64,000 nucleotides of DNA from Haliotis rufescens (taxonomy: Eukaryota): the NCBI RefSeq assembly GCF_023055435.1, contig NW_025963802.1, positions 614,355 through 678,354 of the forward strand. The letters are read 5' to 3'. Position 1 is the stretch's first letter, and each line of letters starts with the position of its first letter. The notes under the pieces were generated by a model, which had not been told where the DNA came from, searched no databases, and worked only from the letters and a program-made list of their open reading frames with translations. The translations under genes and the position numbers were made by a program. Shown one piece after another: positions 59,251 through 64,000 of this stretch.

Positions 59251-60790
59251 AGTCTGGACCAGGCAAACCAGTGTATGGGTGGCGTTGGGTGGGTGCACTT
59301 AGCACACTGCATAGGAGATAATACCACCTACTCTATATCCGCGTATATGAGTGAAAAGTTTTATTCCAGAGCATAGTAATCAATCTGTACCAGAGTTTCA
59401 ATTCAGTAAATATGATGAGTCAAGGTTTTATAACCTCCCCAGTTACTATATACGCACACCTGTGCATGCACGGCGCTTTTCTTTGATCTTTTTTATTCTG
59501 GATACATTGTTCAACATAATGTCATTATTGACATTTGATGAAGGTTAGAAACCATGTGAAAGTCTTGCCGAATGATTCTTTTGTTTTCTCTTCCCCAACG
59601 ACCCAAAATATGTATATTTTAGTTTTATGCACCAGGGGCGCAACTAGGCTAATTTTAAGTGTAAGCAAATCTGATTTTACGAGGACCCCCCCAGAAATTT
59701 TTAGAAATTAGAAACTCTTAAACGCTACTTCCAGCGTTTTAGGGCCGTTTATGTTAGATTTTATTTGCGACAAATATTCGTATTTTTAAAATTATAATTT
59801 TGTATTAGTAATATATATACGTGTTTTAACAACACTTTTTCGACTTACATTCAAGAAACATCTATGACAAGTGAAATTTGAACATTTAAAACGAATCGAT
59901 AATATTACTTTTATGTATTTTTACATGTTCATTCGTACTTTGTGATAGTTATTTATTTTTTCATAATTTATCGCGAGCCGACCTATCATCCCAAAGAAAA
60001 TAATTGTGTGCGCGGTTTGATTTCGCCGTCTACGTCTACGACTAAATCCCAAAATGCGTAAAGATTCCGATTTAAAGTTTAACAATAAATATCACGTACG
60101 ATAGTATAGAGTTTGAGGTTTTCTAAGGTGTAAACAAAAATTGTGCTTTTTTTCGTTGTAAGCAATTGCTTTTCTGCAACAATGGTAGTTTCGCCCCTGT
60201 GCATGAAGACTTGGTTAAGATTCCATGGTGTGTGCGATGCCACCTTTTCCCCATGTCAGTTTCCACAATACCGTTTTTGAACAGTAAATGGTAAAAAAAA
60301 CTAGCTATTTATGAACACCCCCATTACCAATGTTAATAAAGCGATGAGAAATATCGTGGCCCAAAACCATATAAAGGTTTGGATGACACTTTTTTGTACC
60401 TTCTATCGCAAGTGACAAAGTTCATTCGTGTTGTTTTACCCACATTCAGCATGTTTACAGTATATCACCTGTAAGTAGTCGAACCTGGAGCAGACAAACC
60501 ACTGGTTTATATACCACGGACAGCTTATAACGAAGGCACACAACCAGCCTGTTGCATTGCAACACAGACCACAATATACAGTCCTCGTTTTCACGACAAC
60601 CACTGGAGATAATATATTCTGTCCCTTCACACACGTTGGTAACTGCAAGTTAAACACGATATTACAGAAACCATCATCACAAAAAACTAGTTGAACACTT
60701 GACAAATTTATGTTTTATAATATTACGATAAACTTGACATAGTTCTTAGAATATCTTATACTGATCTAAGGTTTATCTTACCTATTACAG

Positions 60791-60923
60791 AGTGAGTGGG
60801 TGAGTTTGATATTTCGCCGCTTTTAGCAGTATACCAGCAATATCACGGCGGGGAACACCAGAAATGGGCTTCACACTTTAAACCCATGTCGGGAATCGAA
60901 CCCGGGTCTTCGGCGTGACGAGT
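60791..60923 (-). mobile_element. SINE family A copy lacking part of the head. A family D SINE abuts it.
   Basis: Sequence identity. It ends at gtgacgag and is then followed by a family D element at 60945. Confidence 0.65.
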
Positions 60924-60944
60924 ACTGGAGTACAGGTAAACAGA

Positions 60945-61122
60945 CCAACGGGATCGGGTGGTCAGGCTCGCTGACTTGGTTGATACATGTCATCGTATCC
61001 CTATGGCGTTGGTCGATGCTCATGATATCAGTCACTGGATTGGCTGGTCCAGACTCGATTATTTACAGACCGCCGTCATATAGCTGGGATATTACTGAGT
61101 GATTAAACAACAAACAAACAAA
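60945..61122 (+). mobile_element. Family D copy, truncated at the 5' end.
   Basis: Sequence identity. Confidence 0.75.
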
Positions 61123-62037
61123 CAGGTAAACGTCAGTATTATTATTCTCCCTTCTGTCCATCCCTGACTTATAAAAGATTGTACAGAGGTTCAGATTTGA
61201 AACTTCAATCTGACTGGCGATTCTTTTCAAATTAATGCTTGTTTCTATCAAAATTATATATCCTCAGAGCCTTAGCGTCAGTCTTTGGTTACCGTGAAAG
61301 GGGCTGCTAGAGAGACAGAAACGGGTCGGGAGGCTGGGTTGTTACGGGGGAGGGGCTGGGAATAGGGAGGGGGTGTTAAATAGCGGGATCGCTTCTTCCA
61401 GGGTAATTGGAGATGAAAGATACTCATCGTTTATTGTCATTCAGCCTCTGTATCTCATTAGCTATTTGTTGATTCGTGTCACCTCACACCGCAAACACTC
61501 CTCCCTGTCCCCCCTCCCGCGGCGCCTGCTGGAATCAACAAGTGGCCATGTGAGGTGGTACCGGGCGAAATGGCGAGTTGGCTCAGGTTACATCAGTGCT
61601 TGTGTAATTAGTTAAGGATCCATTGCTAATTACACTGGCTATGGTACGGATGAGTGGAGTCAGCTCGGAATGTAAATAAACAGGTAAACAACAATCGGCG
61701 AAGGTCAGTGACCCTCAGGTATATTGGAACTCATTTATGATAATAAATAAATCTAAATATTTCTGTGCAACAGTGTATACTCTTAGAAAATCCACCCTAA
61801 AATGAAAGTTTTCCCAAACTATACAATGTTGTAATGTTATCTTTTTAAAGCACTTCAAGCTTTATGTTTTTAGTATTTTGAGAAAGTTTTTTTACAAAGT
61901 GATTCGATTATCTCTTGACATGTGTTGTGTAACGGCTTCATGGCAATACTTGTTTTTAGCTTTATTTCCTTCCTCTTCGTCTTTGCATCTTGATGACTCC
62001 TTTGCACACAGCGTTCTTGTAACCAACTTTTCAGAAG

Positions 62038-62088
62038 GTATCATCATCATCATCATCATCATCATCGTCATCATCATCATCATCGTCA
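62038..62088. repeat. (CAT)n microsatellite.
   Basis: Direct reading. Confidence 0.95.
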
Positions 62089-62997
62089 TGCCGGGAGGAT
62101 CCATAATACGGAGTGTTCAGATGACTTGTGGTGTGAACATGTTTGAAAGCAAATGGGTTAAATTGAGTTTTAATATATAATGTAAAGGAAACCATACAAT
62201 ATATCTGTACTGTTAGACTTGGGGTCTGGGGATTGGTCGTATCCCAGTTCTGGTCGCTACAGACGTCTGTTTTAGGACCTAGAGCGTACAGGTTTTTTTT
62301 ACTTTACAATCACGCCCCCCCCCCCCCCCCCCCCCCCCCTCTCTCTCTCGCTGCATATGTGCATCCCCTTTTCAGCTCTAAAAGTAATATACTTAAGGTT
62401 TCCTTATTACTCCATGCAGGGCCCCTTTATGTACGTAGACCCAATTTGAACCCCTATTTATAAAATGGACAAGTCCGACCATTGCCACTCCCCAATTGTA
62501 TTCAGGGAGTTATAATTATATAAATACGGGTAAGTATGTTTTAAAGCGTGTACTTTTTACTAACATCGTTAATGAAACTGTACGTAATGTTGATACGTAT
62601 ACGGTAATCTAGTGTTTTATTGTACGATAAACAACTCCCACTCGTCGTTTATTTCTTAAATAAATTGTGCATCAAGAACATAACATTGTATAGTATGTCA
62701 ATTTGTTAGTGACTGTGGCTTTTGCAACAATGTACACGTAGTTGATATGTAGCGCCTGGCCTCTTATTACAGTCGAGCTTTGAAGCTTGTTCAAAGAACG
62801 TCGGGGCGCTTTTTAGAGCACTACGGTATATGCAAAATAACGTACCTATCATTTTTGTTGTTGAGGTATAAAGTTGGTTTTTTTTAAATATCAAATCATC
62901 TGTGCTACTTTATAAATGTTTGCAACATAGAATAACTTATAATCAATTGCTATCATTTCCGTTTTCGCTAGCAGTGTCCGACAGCACCACCGATTTG

Positions 62998-63165
62998 CTT
63001 GTTGTTTAACGCCGCACTCAGCAATATTCCAGCTATGTGACGGCGGTCTGTAAATAATCGTGTCTGGACAAGACAATCCAGTGATTGACATGATGAGCAT
63101 CGACCCACGCAGTTGGAATACGATGACATGTATCAACCAAGTCAGCGAGACTGACCACACATCGC
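62998..63165 (-). mobile_element. Family D copy, partial.
   Basis: Sequence identity. Confidence 0.7.
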
Positions 63166-64000
63166 CTATTACAGGACAATAACAAGGTTCCCGTCTTCAA
63201 AGGCTTACATGTGCACAAACAAAGTTTTTTTTCACCATGAGGCACCTCGATCGTCGCCGAACAGCGCGGAGGGTAGGTATAGCTACCTTGTTCACTAACC
63301 TAAAATGTATACAGTACTGAATGATAAGTCCTATAGTCCTGCGACATGACTGTGGAATATATATTTTTTAGAAATGTTTTTACTAAAAGCCTAGGCAATC
63401 CTAGATCAAACTAACCAAGTCTAGTTTGCTTGATTCCGTATGAAAACAGCAGAAGAGTATTAACGATCTTTCGAAGAAAAGAAAGAAAGAATTAGTCTAG
63501 ATAAGTACGTGAATATAAGAGGACAGTATATCTATGGACACCAGTCTTTTGCAGGAACAGCTTGTTCTTAATATTTATGTAATCTAGGAATTATGATTTA
63601 AACTAATACTCATTGTTTGAGACTTTTACATGTCTATTTGTCCACTGGATAACAGAATCTGCTAACAGAACCCGGCCGGAGTCATTCGTGACAAATTCGG
63701 TGTTTTTCCGGGACAAGCCCGTTACGGAAAGGGGCGAGTGGTGACGAATGGTCCGGAGTTGAACCGTGTCGTGATATGCTCAAGCCTTGCTCAAAGACTC
63801 TACCATGGATATCTATGACAAGATAAGCCGGCCGTACAAGGATTGAGGGCGTCAGTCTTTTTATGGGTCAAATTGTTCTTATCATTTGTATAATCTAAGG
63901 AATATGAATTAAAATAATAATTTACTCATATACTTGTGCAAGTCTACATACGCCCCTACTGTAAAGATCCTCGTTGCCCATACGTGCTCCTCGCAGCGCT

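Noticed and set aside
1-64000. Prokaryotic-style features (operons, RBS, CRISPR arrays, rho-independent terminators).
   Set aside because: The sequence is clearly eukaryotic, with spliced genes, SINEs and satellites. The tandem arrays have no spacer-repeat architecture like a CRISPR array, because the units between repeats are not unique.

Overview
This window is eukaryotic, almost certainly metazoan nuclear DNA, not prokaryotic. It has spliceosomal introns with GT/AG boundaries, tRNA-derived SINE families and several satellites, and no operon-like gene packing. The repeat content suggests an invertebrate, possibly a mollusc, but that is a guess.

Main features, in order along the window:
- **1-10210:** one tandem array of a 23-bp monomer (consensus GTGAAGTGGGACAGAAGTGATGT) organised into a higher-order repeat of about 3.78 kb. 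It runs off the left edge of the window. Every giant minus-strand ORF here is a periodic-translation artefact.
- **12087-22278 (-):** a four-exon gene encoding a PC-esterase domain protein (PCED1/FAM113-like SGNH hydrolase). Its introns are full of SINEs and MITE-like elements.
- **13766-15003:** a 10-bp (GCTGTATAAT)n array.
- **15274-15815 and 21296-21850:** two copies, in opposite orientation, of a non-autonomous element of about 540 bp with roughly 80-bp terminal inverted repeats.
- **19575-20442:** a tandem triplication of about 306 bp that carries SINE tails.
- **28861-30355:** a pair of about 60-bp inverted repeats enclosing a degenerate 3' fragment of an L2/CR1-like LINE.
- **30583-31848:** a 22-bp satellite split by a SINE insertion.
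- **34490-34915:** a tandem array with a unit of about 61 bp.
- **38695-40128:** a 55-bp satellite with two subfamilies.
- **38372-38597 (+):** a codon-biased exon encoding PQQ-like beta-propeller motifs.
- **46125-47290:** a tandem array with a unit of about 30 bp, interrupted by a SINE.
- **47434-48174 and 48843-50213 (+):** two tandem, paralogous single-exon ORFs of unknown family.
- **56464-57351 (-):** an intronless nanos gene with a canonical double CCHC zinc finger.

Throughout the window there are at least four interspersed SINE-like families (A-D), several with visible target-site duplications. Families A and B share a 3' tail module. Simple-sequence and G/C-rich tracts are also scattered throughout.

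The most novel candidate is the unknown tandem paralog pair at 47.4-50.2 kb. The most recognisable genes are nanos and the PCED1-like gene.
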